Shown piece by piece: positions 27,198-35,011 of a DNA stretch of 64,000 bases. A program made the translations under genes and the position numbers. The DNA lies in NCBI GenBank assembly GCA_046723845.1, contig JBKOVG010000065.1:2-64001 (forward strand), given 5' to 3'. Origin of the DNA: Candidatus Methylomirabilota bacterium. GTDB lineage: Bacteria; Methylomirabilota; Methylomirabilia; Rokubacteriales; CSP1-6. Within the stretch, counting starts at the first letter, position 1, and each line of letters starts with the position of its first letter. The notes beneath the pieces were generated by a model. That model ran no database searches and had not been told where the DNA came from. It saw only the letters and a list, made by a program, of their open reading frames with translations.

Positions 27198-28244
27198 TTG
27201 ACTTGCCGAAATCGTTGGCGTCGCGCCCGAAAATCGGCCACGTCGAGAGTCGACGTCTCCGTCCTCATTTTCTTGTTTCTATTCGTTGCTTCAGGCCTCG
27301 TTTCCATTGTCCTCATAGGTGCGCCAGCTCGTGCGCAGGAGCACCCGACGGGAAAGGTCTACCGGATTGGGTTCCTACGCGCGGGGCAGCCGCCCGAGAC
27401 CTACCTCGACGGCTTTCGCCAAGGCCTACGCGAGCGGGGATATGTCTATGGCCAAAATGTGGTCGTGGAATTCCGAGCCACCGACGGCAGCGTCGATCAG
27501 CTTCCGCAGTTCGCCGAAGAGCTGGTGCGCTTGAAGGTCGACGTCATCCTGGCTTCGGCCGCGTCAGCGGCTCAGGCAGCCGGCAGAGTGACCACGTCGG
27601 TGCCAATCGTCTTTGTGGGCGTCGTGGACCCGGTCGGGCTCGGGCTCGTCCCGAGCCTGGGACACCCGGGTGGCAACATCACGGGACTAACCACTACCTC
27701 TGAGGATTTCGCCGGCAAGCGCCTGGAGCTGCTCAGGGCACTCGTCCCCAACCTCAAGCGAGTTGGAGTTCTCTGGCATCCGGCCAACCCGACCAACCCC
27801 ATCCAACTCAAGGGGGCGCAGGTCGCAGCGCGCACGCTCGGCGTGCGGCTTGAGCCGGTGTCGGTCCAGGGGCCGAATGATTTTGACTCTGTCGGCAAGA
27901 CTGTGCGTGGTACCGATGGCCTGCTCTTTCTGGAGAGTCCACTTTTCACGACACATCGCGCTCGCCTCGCAGAGTTGGCGGCCAAAAGCCGGCTGCCCGC
28001 GATCTATGGCCAAAGGGAGTACGTTGAGGTCGGAGGCCTCATGTCATATGGCACGCACTTTCACGACTTGTACAGACGTGCAGCTCTCTACGTGGACAAG
28101 ATCCTGAAGGGCGCGAAGGCGGCTGATCTCCCCGTCGAGCAACCCACGAAGTTCGAGTTCGTGATCAACTTGAAAACCGCCAGGGCTCTCAGTCTGGCGA
28201 TCCCGCAATCGCTCCTGCTGCGCGCCGATCAGGTGATCGAATGA
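27198..28244 (+). CDS. ABC-transporter substrate-binding protein (PF04392-like), cassette 6 (start uncertain; TTG 27198 is the first start inside the cassette)
   Basis: ..GFRQGLRERGYVYGQNVVVEFRATDGS..LKVDVILA..VPIVF..HPGGNITG..EQPTKFEFVINLKTARALSL..ADQVIE*. The ORF-track 5' extension crosses attC-5. Confidence 0.8.
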   Translation: MTCRNRWRRARKSATSRVDVSVLIFLFLFVASGLVSIVLIGAPARAQEHPTGKVYRIGFLRAGQPPETYLDGFRQGLRERGYVYGQNVVVEFRATDGSVDQLPQFAEELVRLKVDVILASAASAAQAAGRVTTSVPIVFVGVVDPVGLGLVPSLGHPGGNITGLTTTSEDFAGKRLELLRALVPNLKRVGVLWHPANPTNPIQLKGAQVAARTLGVRLEPVSVQGPNDFDSVGKTVRGTDGLLFLESPLFTTHRARLAELAAKSRLPAIYGQREYVEVGGLMSYGTHFHDLYRRAALYVDKILKGAKAADLPVEQPTKFEFVINLKTARALSLAIPQSLLLRADQVIE

Positions 28245-28332
28245 TCGCTCGGCCGGCTTTGGTTCTCCTGCCGAGTGGCCTTCTCAGCGTCTTCGTGGCA
28301 GGTGACGGCGCAGCTTGCCAAGCGATGGGGGC

Positions 28333-28395
28333 GTCGAACGTTTCAGTGGAGCGGACCCGCCCAGAGCGGCGGGCCGCTCACCATGAGCGTTGGGC
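28333..28395 (+). repeat. attC-6 (63 bp)
   Basis: gtcgAAC gtttcagtggagcgg acccgcccagagcggcggg ccgctcaccatgagc GTTgggc. Confidence 0.8.
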
Positions 28396-28475
28396 GCACC
28401 TGATCGCCTGACATGCTGGCGACTCCAGAGGCGAGGAGGTCCACGGCTTATGGGCAACACTACGGTGGTGGCGGC

Positions 28476-29468
28476 GTGATGATCATCCACGTTGCGACGG
28501 CGGTCGCGCTCGCCCTCGGCCTCGCTGCCGCGCCGACGCTCGCCGACGCGCAGCCGACGAAGAGCCATCGACTGTGTGTTCTGGGGGCTGACTCCAGCTT
28601 GTCGCAGTGGGGGGCAACGCGGTACAACGCGTTTCTCGAGGGCCTCAAGGACTTCGGTTACGTGGAGGGACGCAACATCGTCATCGATTTCCTGTCCGCT
28701 GACGGGGACTATCAAAGATTTCCCACCCTTGCCGCCGAGTGCGTGCGCCTCAAGCCGGACATCATCATCGCGTATACCACGCCCGGCAGCCTGGCCGCCA
28801 AGAAGGCAACCAGCACCATCCCGATCGTCATGGGGCCAGTAGGGGATGCGGTCGGTACCGGAATCGTGGCCAGCTTGGCGCGCCCCGGCGGAAACATCAC
28901 GGGCCAGACCCTCATCGCGTCGGGGCTCAGTGTCAAACGCTTGCAGCTGCTGAAGCAAGCGGTACCCGCGCTCTCCCGGGTTGCTGTCCTGTCACATGCG
29001 ACAGACCCGGTTGGAGCGGTCCAGGTACAGGAGATGGAACAAGCGGCGGGCCAGCTGGGACTGCGCCTGCTGATCCATCGCATTCGGGCCCCGGATGACC
29101 TTCCCGGCGCGGTCAACGCCGCCGCTAAAGACGGTGCGGAAGGACTTATCACGACGATCGAGACCATCTTCCTTATTAACCGCGCCCGTGTGATCGACCT
29201 CGCGGCGAGGCAGCGGTTACCGGCAATGTATCCGTCGCGAGACTTCGCGGATTCCGGAGGCTTGCTGAGTTATGGTCCGAGAATGTCGAGCCTCTACCGC
29301 CAAGCGGCGGTCTACGTGGACAAGATCTTCAAGGGCGCCAAGCCTGCTGACTTGCCGATCCAACAGCCGACCGAGTTCGAGCTGGTCATCAATCTGAACA
29401 CCGCGAAGACTCTTGGCCTGACGATCCCGCAATCGCTGTTGCTGCGGGTGGACCAAGTCATTGAGTGA
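28476..29468 (+). CDS. ABC-transporter substrate-binding protein (PF04392-like), cassette 7
   Basis: Signal VMIIHVATAVALALGLAAAPTLADA; ..GLKDFGYVEGRNIVIDFLSADGD..IPIVMG..RPGGNITG..QQPTEFELVINLNTAKTLGL..VDQVIE*. Confidence 0.8.
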   Translation: MMIIHVATAVALALGLAAAPTLADAQPTKSHRLCVLGADSSLSQWGATRYNAFLEGLKDFGYVEGRNIVIDFLSADGDYQRFPTLAAECVRLKPDIIIAYTTPGSLAAKKATSTIPIVMGPVGDAVGTGIVASLARPGGNITGQTLIASGLSVKRLQLLKQAVPALSRVAVLSHATDPVGAVQVQEMEQAAGQLGLRLLIHRIRAPDDLPGAVNAAAKDGAEGLITTIETIFLINRARVIDLAARQRLPAMYPSRDFADSGGLLSYGPRMSSLYRQAAVYVDKIFKGAKPADLPIQQPTEFELVINLNTAKTLGLTIPQSLLLRVDQVIE

Positions 29469-29477
29469 TCGCTGGCC

Positions 29478-29549
29478 GCCCAACATCACGCTGCAACGGT
29501 CCGGGTGCTCACGATGCTCGCACCCGGCCGCTGAGCGTGCGCGTTCGGC
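29478..29549 (+). repeat. attC-7 (72 bp)
   Basis: gcccAAC atcacgctgcaacggtccgggtg...cacccggccgctgagcgtgcgc GTTcggc. Confidence 0.8.
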
Positions 29550-29588
29550 GCCTTGAGCCGAGCGGACGATCGGGAGTAAGGTAAGGCA

Positions 29589-29801
29589 ATGGCTGAGGCG
29601 ATCGTAACCTGCTCGCCGGATATCCTGAGCGGCACGCCCGTATTCGCTGGAACGCGAGTTCCGGTCCAAGCGCTCATCGACTACCTCGAGGGCGGCGAGA
29701 CGATCGGCGACTTCCTCACGGGGTTTCCGACCGTCAGGCGGGAGCAGGTCGTGGCCTTCCTCGAGGAGGCCACGGCGCGAATGACTCCCAAGGCGTCGTG
29801 A
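29589..29801 (+). CDS. DUF433-family antitoxin-like protein, cassette 8
   Basis: CSPDILSGTPVFAGTRVPVQALIDYLEGGETIGDFLTGFPTV; GTGA start/stop overlap with the next gene. Confidence 0.8.
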   Translation: MAEAIVTCSPDILSGTPVFAGTRVPVQALIDYLEGGETIGDFLTGFPTVRREQVVAFLEEATARMTPKAS

Positions 29802-30130
29802 GGGTGCTCCTCGACGAGTGTGTCGACCGGCGCCTCGCGGCGGACATCCAAGGGCACGACGTGAAGACGGTGCCAGACGCGGGCTGGGCTGCGCTGAAGA
29901 ACGGGGACCTCCTGAACCGAGCCCAGCACGAGTTCGACGCGTTCGTCACGACCGACCGCAACCTTCCCTTCCAGCAGGACCTGTCCCGCTTCTCCATCGC
30001 CGTCGTCGTGCTGCGCGCACAATCCAATCGTGTTGTCGATCTGCGCCGCCTGATTCCCCAGCTGCTCACCGCCCTGCCTGTCGCCAAGCGTGGCGCGGCC
30101 ACATGGGTAGGCGCCGAACAACGCACTTGA
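29798..30130 (+). CDS. DUF5615-family PIN-like toxin candidate, cassette 8
   Basis: MRVLLDECVDRRLA..GHDV..FVTTDRNL..; 4-nt overlap with the DUF433 gene; its 3' end runs into attC-8. Confidence 0.75.
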   Translation: MRVLLDECVDRRLAADIQGHDVKTVPDAGWAALKNGDLLNRAQHEFDAFVTTDRNLPFQQDLSRFSIAVVVLRAQSNRVVDLRRLIPQLLTALPVAKRGAATWVGAEQRT

Positions 30131-30170
30131 GCGGACACGCTTCGCGCGCCGCTCACCGCGGGCGTTGGAC
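30113..30170 (+). repeat. attC-8 (58 bp)
   Basis: gccgAAC aacgcacttgagcgg acacgcttcgcgcg ccgctcaccgcgggc GTTggac. AGGCGCCGAAC is the exact reverse complement of GTTCGGCGCCT at attC-7 (11 nt). Confidence 0.85.
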
Positions 30171-30285
30171 GGACAAGAGAACACGCACCTGGCTCTCGGG
30201 TTTCGTTTTGCGGGCCGAGGTGTCCAGTGTAAGGCTCAACCGTATTCCACGAGAGGCGGCTCTGGCAACCTGAGAGGAGGACGAC

Positions 30286-30573
30286 ATGGCGTACGGGGTT
30301 GTGCATCACTTTCCAGGCGGGACGAGGGAACAGTACGAGGCATCAATCGCAGCGGTGCACCCCAGCAGAGACAGCCTTCCGAAGGGACAGATCTTCCACG
30401 CGGCTGGCGCGTCGCCTGGTGGCTGGACGATCGTGGCAGTCCACGAGTCCAAGGAGAGTTGGGAGCGGTTCCGCGACGGCATCCTGATGCCTCAGCTGCA
30501 ACAGGGCGTCAAAGGCGGCTTCACCACGCCACCGCAGGAGACCGTCTTCGAGGTCCATAACCTGCAGCGGTAA
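30286..30573 (+). CDS. Hypothetical 95-aa protein, cassette 9
   Basis: GAGAGGAGG SD; MAYGVVHHFPGGTREQYEASIAAVHP..; small alpha/beta-like, no firm family call. Confidence 0.55.
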   Translation: MAYGVVHHFPGGTREQYEASIAAVHPSRDSLPKGQIFHAAGASPGGWTIVAVHESKESWERFRDGILMPQLQQGVKGGFTTPPQETVFEVHNLQR

Positions 30574-30730
30574 GAGGCTGCGAAGCGTTCGCGGCTCTCG
30601 TTCGGAGCGGCGGCCCCAGCGGGCGGGAGGACGGGTTCGGGTATGCCTCAGTGCTCGTGATGGGTTCGAGTGCGGCCTCTTGCGTGGCTTCGGCGCGTGC
30701 GAGCCGGGTGTGGTGTTCGTTCCACGAGCC

Positions 30731-30827
30731 GTCCAACCGCGCGCTGCACCCGACGGCCCGCGCTCGGGTGCTCTGCTGGGCTTAGGTTAGAATCTGCGCG
30801 GGCCGTGGCTGAGCGCGAGCGTTAGGC
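30731..30827 (+). repeat. attC-9 (97 bp)
   Basis: gtccAAC cgcgcgctgcacccgacggcccgcg...cgcgggccgtggctgagcgcgagc GTTaggc. CCGTCCAAC is the exact reverse complement of GTTGGACGG at attC-8. Confidence 0.75.
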
Positions 30828-30842
30828 GTACAGGGGATTTTT

Positions 30843-31847
30843 ATGACCGCAGAGGCTCCGGATTGGAGCGATGTTACCAGCTACTTTATCAGCTACTTCT
30901 CTGCAGTCGCGATCCTGGCCGCTATGCAACTCGATCTCTTCACGCCGCTTCGGCATGGCCCACGGACGTGTGACGAACTTGCCACGGATCTGCGAGTTGA
31001 TCCCCGTCGCCTGCGAATGCTGCTGGTTCCTCTGGCCAGTACTAAGCTCATCACCCTAAACGAGGGCCGCGTGGCGAACTCCGCGCTCGCGGCCGAATTC
31101 CTCGTCCGGGGGCAGCCACGATACATGGGCGGAAGTCACGAACTCTACTCGGATCTGTTCGCCTCCGTACTCCCCACTGCGCAGTCCATCCGAGCTGGCA
31201 CACCACAAGCTGAACATGACTGGGACAGTCTTCCCGACGAGCAGCTACGAGCAGTGCTGCGCGGGTTGAATGCTGGCGCCACAGCTCAAGGGCAATTGAT
31301 CGCCCGGGATCATGACTTTTCACGGTTTGAGACGATTCTCGACATCGGTGGCGGCGGTGCCGGCTTCGCCATGGGCGCCTGTCAGGTCTGTCCGAACCTC
31401 ACGGCGCAGGTGATCGAACTGCCGAGAGTCGCTCGGATCGCGCAGGAGCTTATCGATGCGGCGGGGCTGGCTTCTCGCATCCGAGCCGTTAGCCATAACA
31501 TTGCCGCTGCGCCGCTGCCGGCTCCTCAGCCCGCTGCGGTGGTACGCAACCTCCTCCAGGTGTTATCGCCCGAACGCGCTCAGCGCGTTCTCGAGAACGT
31601 TGGCCGTTCCCTTCGACCGGGTGGAGAGATATTCGTTATCGGCCAGATACTTGACGACGATCTCGCTGGTCCGCCGAGCGCGATAGCGTTCAATCTTGTG
31701 TTCCTCAATATTTACAGGGATGGCGAAGCGCATTCGGAATCCGCTTACCGACGGTGGCTTGAGGTTGCAGGCTTCGTGGACGTCCAGAGGATGCCACTCG
31801 TTGGTAGCTCGGGCATGAGCCTGATGACGGGACACTGGCCCGGATGA
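30843..31847 (+). CDS. O-methyltransferase (Methyltransf_2 type with N-terminal dimerisation/wHTH domain), cassette 10
   Basis: ILDIGGGGAGFAMGACQVCPNLTAQVIELPRV..; 334 aa. Confidence 0.8.
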   Translation: MTAEAPDWSDVTSYFISYFSAVAILAAMQLDLFTPLRHGPRTCDELATDLRVDPRRLRMLLVPLASTKLITLNEGRVANSALAAEFLVRGQPRYMGGSHELYSDLFASVLPTAQSIRAGTPQAEHDWDSLPDEQLRAVLRGLNAGATAQGQLIARDHDFSRFETILDIGGGGAGFAMGACQVCPNLTAQVIELPRVARIAQELIDAAGLASRIRAVSHNIAAAPLPAPQPAAVVRNLLQVLSPERAQRVLENVGRSLRPGGEIFVIGQILDDDLAGPPSAIAFNLVFLNIYRDGEAHSESAYRRWLEVAGFVDVQRMPLVGSSGMSLMTGHWPG

Positions 31848-31884
31848 AGGTTGTCTCGCCAGCTGCTTCGAGGAAATCTGCGCC

Positions 31885-31944
31885 GTCCAACTTCAGGCTT
31901 GAGCGGCCCGGCGCCACGCCGGCCGCTCAGCCCAAGCGTTGGGC
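31885..31944 (+). repeat. attC-10 (60 bp)
   Basis: gtccAAC ttcaggcttgagcgg cccggcgccacgccgg ccgctcagcccaagc GTTgggc. Confidence 0.8.
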
Positions 31945-32007
31945 AGACGGATGCCTGTGGCAATCACGTGCCGCCGGTGTGACGGGCATGGGGGAAGAGG
32001 GACAGAC

Positions 32008-32703
32008 GTGAAGCTCGCGGCCAGCCGCGTCACCGCAGCGGCAGTTCTTCTCCTGCTTGCCGCGTCACTCGCCGCGGCTGCCGACCAGCCCCGAGAGAAA
32101 GTGACACGGGTAGGCTATCTGTCGCCTGGTTCGCCTTCCGACCCGGTGAGGTTGCGCCGATTCGAAGCGTTCCGCCAAGGTCTGCGCGAGCTCGGTTATG
32201 TGGAAGGCCAGAACGTCGCTATCGAATCCCGATGGGCCGAGGGCAACTATGATCGGTACCCTGCCCTCGCGGCCGACCTGGTCCGTGAGAAAATGAACGT
32301 CATCGTGGCGGTGGGCGGGGCAGCGACCCAGGCGGCCCAACGAGCGACCAGGACAATCCCGATCGTCATGTCGGTCGTTCTCGATCCCGTGGGAAGCGGA
32401 CTCGTCGCCAGCCTTGCGCGTCCCGAAGGGAACATCACAGGGCTGTCGCTCATGGCCCCTGACATCATCGGGAAACAGTTACAAGTGCTCAGGGAAGTGG
32501 TGCCGTCGGTATCTCGGGTGGCCGTCCTCTGGAATCCGGCCAATCCGGGGAGCGCGCCCCAGTTGCGAGAGGTGGAGGCTACAGGTCGGGTCTTGAAGAT
32601 GCACCTTCAAATTCTTCAGGCGCGGGCCCCCCAGGAGATCGATAGCGCCTTCGCGGCGATGACGCGAGAGCGGGCGGGCGCGGTAGTGATTCTTGCGAAG
32701 TGA
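32008..32703 (+). pseudogene. ABC-transporter substrate-binding protein (PF04392-like), 3'-truncated (~75 C-terminal aa missing), cassette 11
   Basis: ..GLRELGYVEGQNVAIESRWAEGN..IPIVM..RPEGNITG.. Stops at ..AGAVVILAK* without the conserved ..GGLMSYG..EQPTKFEL..VIE tail. Confidence 0.65.
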
Positions 32704-32742
32704 GCGTGGTTATCGCCACTCCATTCCCCGATCGGCACATCC

Positions 32743-32813
32743 GCCGAACAATGGACTGGAGCGGACGCTGGCTCGCATTCGCTCGCCACGGCCGCTCACT
32801 GCGAGCGTTCGCC
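32743..32813 (+). repeat. attC-11 (71 bp)
   Basis: gccgAAC aatggactggagcgg...ccgctcactgcgagc GTTcgcc; near-twin of attC-3. Confidence 0.8.
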
Positions 32814-32852
32814 GACAGACGCAGCTGAACAGATTCAATTGGAGGTGACTGG

Positions 32853-33836
32853 ATGACGCTGAAGTGTCTCGGTGTGCTCCTCGCTTTGAGCATTCTCGGG
32901 CCGCTGCTGACCGCCGAGGCTCAGGTGACGGCAACGACAGCGAAGATCGGAGTGCTCTCCTCTCAATCCCACGAAACGAGCAAAGCGGCCTGGACCGCAT
33001 TCCGTCAGGGACTCCGCGACTTCGGCTGGGAAGATGGACGAAACATCGTCATCGAGGTTCGATTTGCTGACGGTCATATCGACCGACTCCGCGGTTTGGC
33101 TGAGGAGTTGCTGAAACACGACGTAAGGCTCATCGTCGCCCAGAACTCGCCAGGAGCCCGCGCAGCCATCGACGCGACGAGGACCGTGCCGATCGTGATG
33201 GTCGAGGTCGGTGATCCCGTCGCCACCGGATTCGTGACGAACCTGGCCCGGCCGGGCGGGAACGTCACGGGCCTGACGAACATGGCGCGCGATTTGACTT
33301 CGAAGCGACTCCAACTGCTCAAGGAAGCCGTGCCGAGCGCCACACGCATTGCCGTGATCATGGACCCAGGCGATCCGGTCGTCCCACCGCAGTGGCGTGA
33401 CGCCCAGTCCGCGGCACAGAGGCTTGGTCTTGAGCTCCAGCGGCTGGAGGTGCGGAATGTCGATGATCTCCGGCGGGCATTCCAGACGGCAGTCGCCGGC
33501 AAAGCTGAGGCCGTGCTGCGACTAGCCGACCCGCTGTCCATAGTGCAAGGAACGGAGACCGCGCAACTGGCCATAAAGCATCATCTGCCACTCATGGTCA
33601 GGGCTCGCACGGAGATCGAAATGGGTGGGTTGATCTCGTATTATGCGGACCCTCTCGACTACCACCGTCGGGCCGCATTCTACGTCGATCGAATTCTCAA
33701 AGGCGCCAAGCCGGGCGATCTGCCGATCGAGCAACCCACACGATTCGAGCTGCTCATAAACCTAAAGACCGCGCACGCGCTTGGGATCACGATCCCACCG
33801 TCGCTGGTGATACGAGCAGATGAGGTGTTCCAATGA
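32853..33836 (+). CDS. ABC-transporter substrate-binding protein (PF04392-like), cassette 12
   Basis: Signal MTLKCLGVLLALSILGPLLTAEA; ..GLRDFGWEDGRNIVIEVRFADGH..VPIVM..RPGGNVTG..EQPTRFELLINLKTAHALGI.. Confidence 0.85.
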   Translation: MTLKCLGVLLALSILGPLLTAEAQVTATTAKIGVLSSQSHETSKAAWTAFRQGLRDFGWEDGRNIVIEVRFADGHIDRLRGLAEELLKHDVRLIVAQNSPGARAAIDATRTVPIVMVEVGDPVATGFVTNLARPGGNVTGLTNMARDLTSKRLQLLKEAVPSATRIAVIMDPGDPVVPPQWRDAQSAAQRLGLELQRLEVRNVDDLRRAFQTAVAGKAEAVLRLADPLSIVQGTETAQLAIKHHLPLMVRARTEIEMGGLISYYADPLDYHRRAAFYVDRILKGAKPGDLPIEQPTRFELLINLKTAHALGITIPPSLVIRADEVFQ

Positions 33837-33892
33837 CGATCATAGCGGCTCCTATGCGAAAGATCGGCATGGAAAACCCCGCCGAGTATCTC

Positions 33893-33977
33893 CGGCAACT
33901 TTTCCGCGCCGAGCGACCGCGATCTCTTGCGCATCGCTGAGTGGATTCGATGAACGCGAGCCGAGCGAACGTTCGGG
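33893..33977 (+). repeat. attC-12 (85 bp, degenerate; arms pair poorly)
   Basis: cggcAAC ttttccgcgccgagcg...cgcgagccgagcgaac GTTcggg; central hairpin GCGAT/ATCGC. Assigned mainly by position and the conserved gagcgaacGTTcgg end. Confidence 0.4.
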
Positions 33978-34531
33978 ACAGCTTGCTGGAGGCCGCCTTA
34001 TGGTTCGTGCAAGCGGCTGCTCAGCTATCAGGGGTTCAGTGCATCGCGTTGATCGGCTCGATCCTCAGCAACCGCCAAAGCCCGAAAGACGTCGACCTAC
34101 TGGTGTACGTTGCCGACGATGCCGATCTGGCACCGCTGGCGTCCACGGCGCGCCGGCTGCAAGGGCGCCTCCAGAGCCACAACCGCGGTGCCGACGTATT
34201 CTTGGCAGACGAGCAACGCCAATACTTGGGTCGGACGTGTTCCTGGAAGTTGTGCCAGCCCGGGATTCGCGCCTCATGTGATGCACTACACTGCGGCCGG
34301 CGGCCGCATCTTCATGACGACCTTGCCACGATTCGACTCCCTGACTCGCTCATCGCGGCACCGCCCCTCGAGCTCTGGCCCATAGTCGTGCGGAGGTGCC
34401 AGGTACCTGCCGATGTCGAGAGGCTCGTGAGCCGTCTTCACGAACAGCACAACAACGCAGTCGCGCAGACCGCTGGCTCGCGTTCGCCCGCCGCGGCTGC
34501 TCACCGCGAGCGTTGGTCGGCACTGCAGTAG
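33941..34531 (+). CDS. Pol-beta-superfamily nucleotidyltransferase with Cys4 cluster, cassette 13 (start probably TTG 33983, inside the cassette)
   Basis: IALIGSILSNRQSPKDVDLLVYV (GS..D.D NTase motif); C-x4-C-x7-C-x4-C (CSWKLCQPGIRASCDALHC). The last ~30 codons are translation of attC-13. Confidence 0.6.
   Translation: MDSMNASRANVRDSLLEAALWFVQAAAQLSGVQCIALIGSILSNRQSPKDVDLLVYVADDADLAPLASTARRLQGRLQSHNRGADVFLADEQRQYLGRTCSWKLCQPGIRASCDALHCGRRPHLHDDLATIRLPDSLIAAPPLELWPIVVRRCQVPADVERLVSRLHEQHNNAVAQTAGSRSPAAAAHRERWSALQ
34439..34518 (+). repeat. attC-13 (72-80 bp; R'' either 34439-34445 or 34447-34453)
   Basis: cacgAAC agcacaacaacgcagtcgcgcagaccgc...gcggctgctcaccgcgagc GTTggtc. Confidence 0.65.
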
Positions 34532-34556
34532 TTGAGGTGACGGCCGGGAGGGGACT

Positions 34557-34993
34557 GTGTCGCTAACGATGACCAAGCAGGAACGCGAAACGTTTCTGGC
34601 CGAGCTTCACGTCGGAATCATCAGTATTCCTGAAAAAGGGCGAGGACCGCTCACCGTGCCGATCTGGTACTCGTACGAACCTGGCGGCGAGCTACGGGTC
34701 GTAACCGCCAGGACTTCGCGGAAAGCTCAGCTCCTCCAGCATGCTGGCAGGTTCAGTCTCTGTGTACAGACGGAGACATGGCCGTATAAGTACGTCAGTG
34801 TCGAGGGACCGGTCGTCGCCATCGAGCCAGCAGATGTTGAGCGCGACCGCCGGCCTCTCGCTCCCGTTACTTGGGCGTGCCAAGGGGTGACCGATACATC
34901 GAGAAGACACGGGGAGAACCGGGCCACGTTACGAACCTGCTTGTTCGCATGCTGCCGAGACGATGGCTCACGGTGAACTACGCGAAGGCATAG
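34557..34993 (+). pseudogene. Pyridoxamine 5'-phosphate oxidase (PPOX/F420-binding) family protein with a frameshift near 34850-34870, cassette 14
   Basis: ..LHVGIISIPEKGRGPLTVPIWY..RVVTARTSRKAQLL.. The conserved tail ..RYLGVPRGDRYIEKTRGEPGHVTNLLVRMLPRRWLTVNYAKA* continues in another frame (TAG 34991-34993). Confidence 0.65.
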
Positions 34994-35011
34994 GGACCGC
35001 CATGACCGTCC

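Noticed and set aside
30555-30600. Mini attC-like sequence ccatAACctgcagcggtaagaggctgcgaagcGTTcgcgg at the end of ORF 30286..30573
   Set aside because: At ~42 bp it is too short and its arms pair weakly. The perfect 9/9 match between the attC-8 R' and the R'' at 30729-30737 shows that the cassette extends to attC-9.
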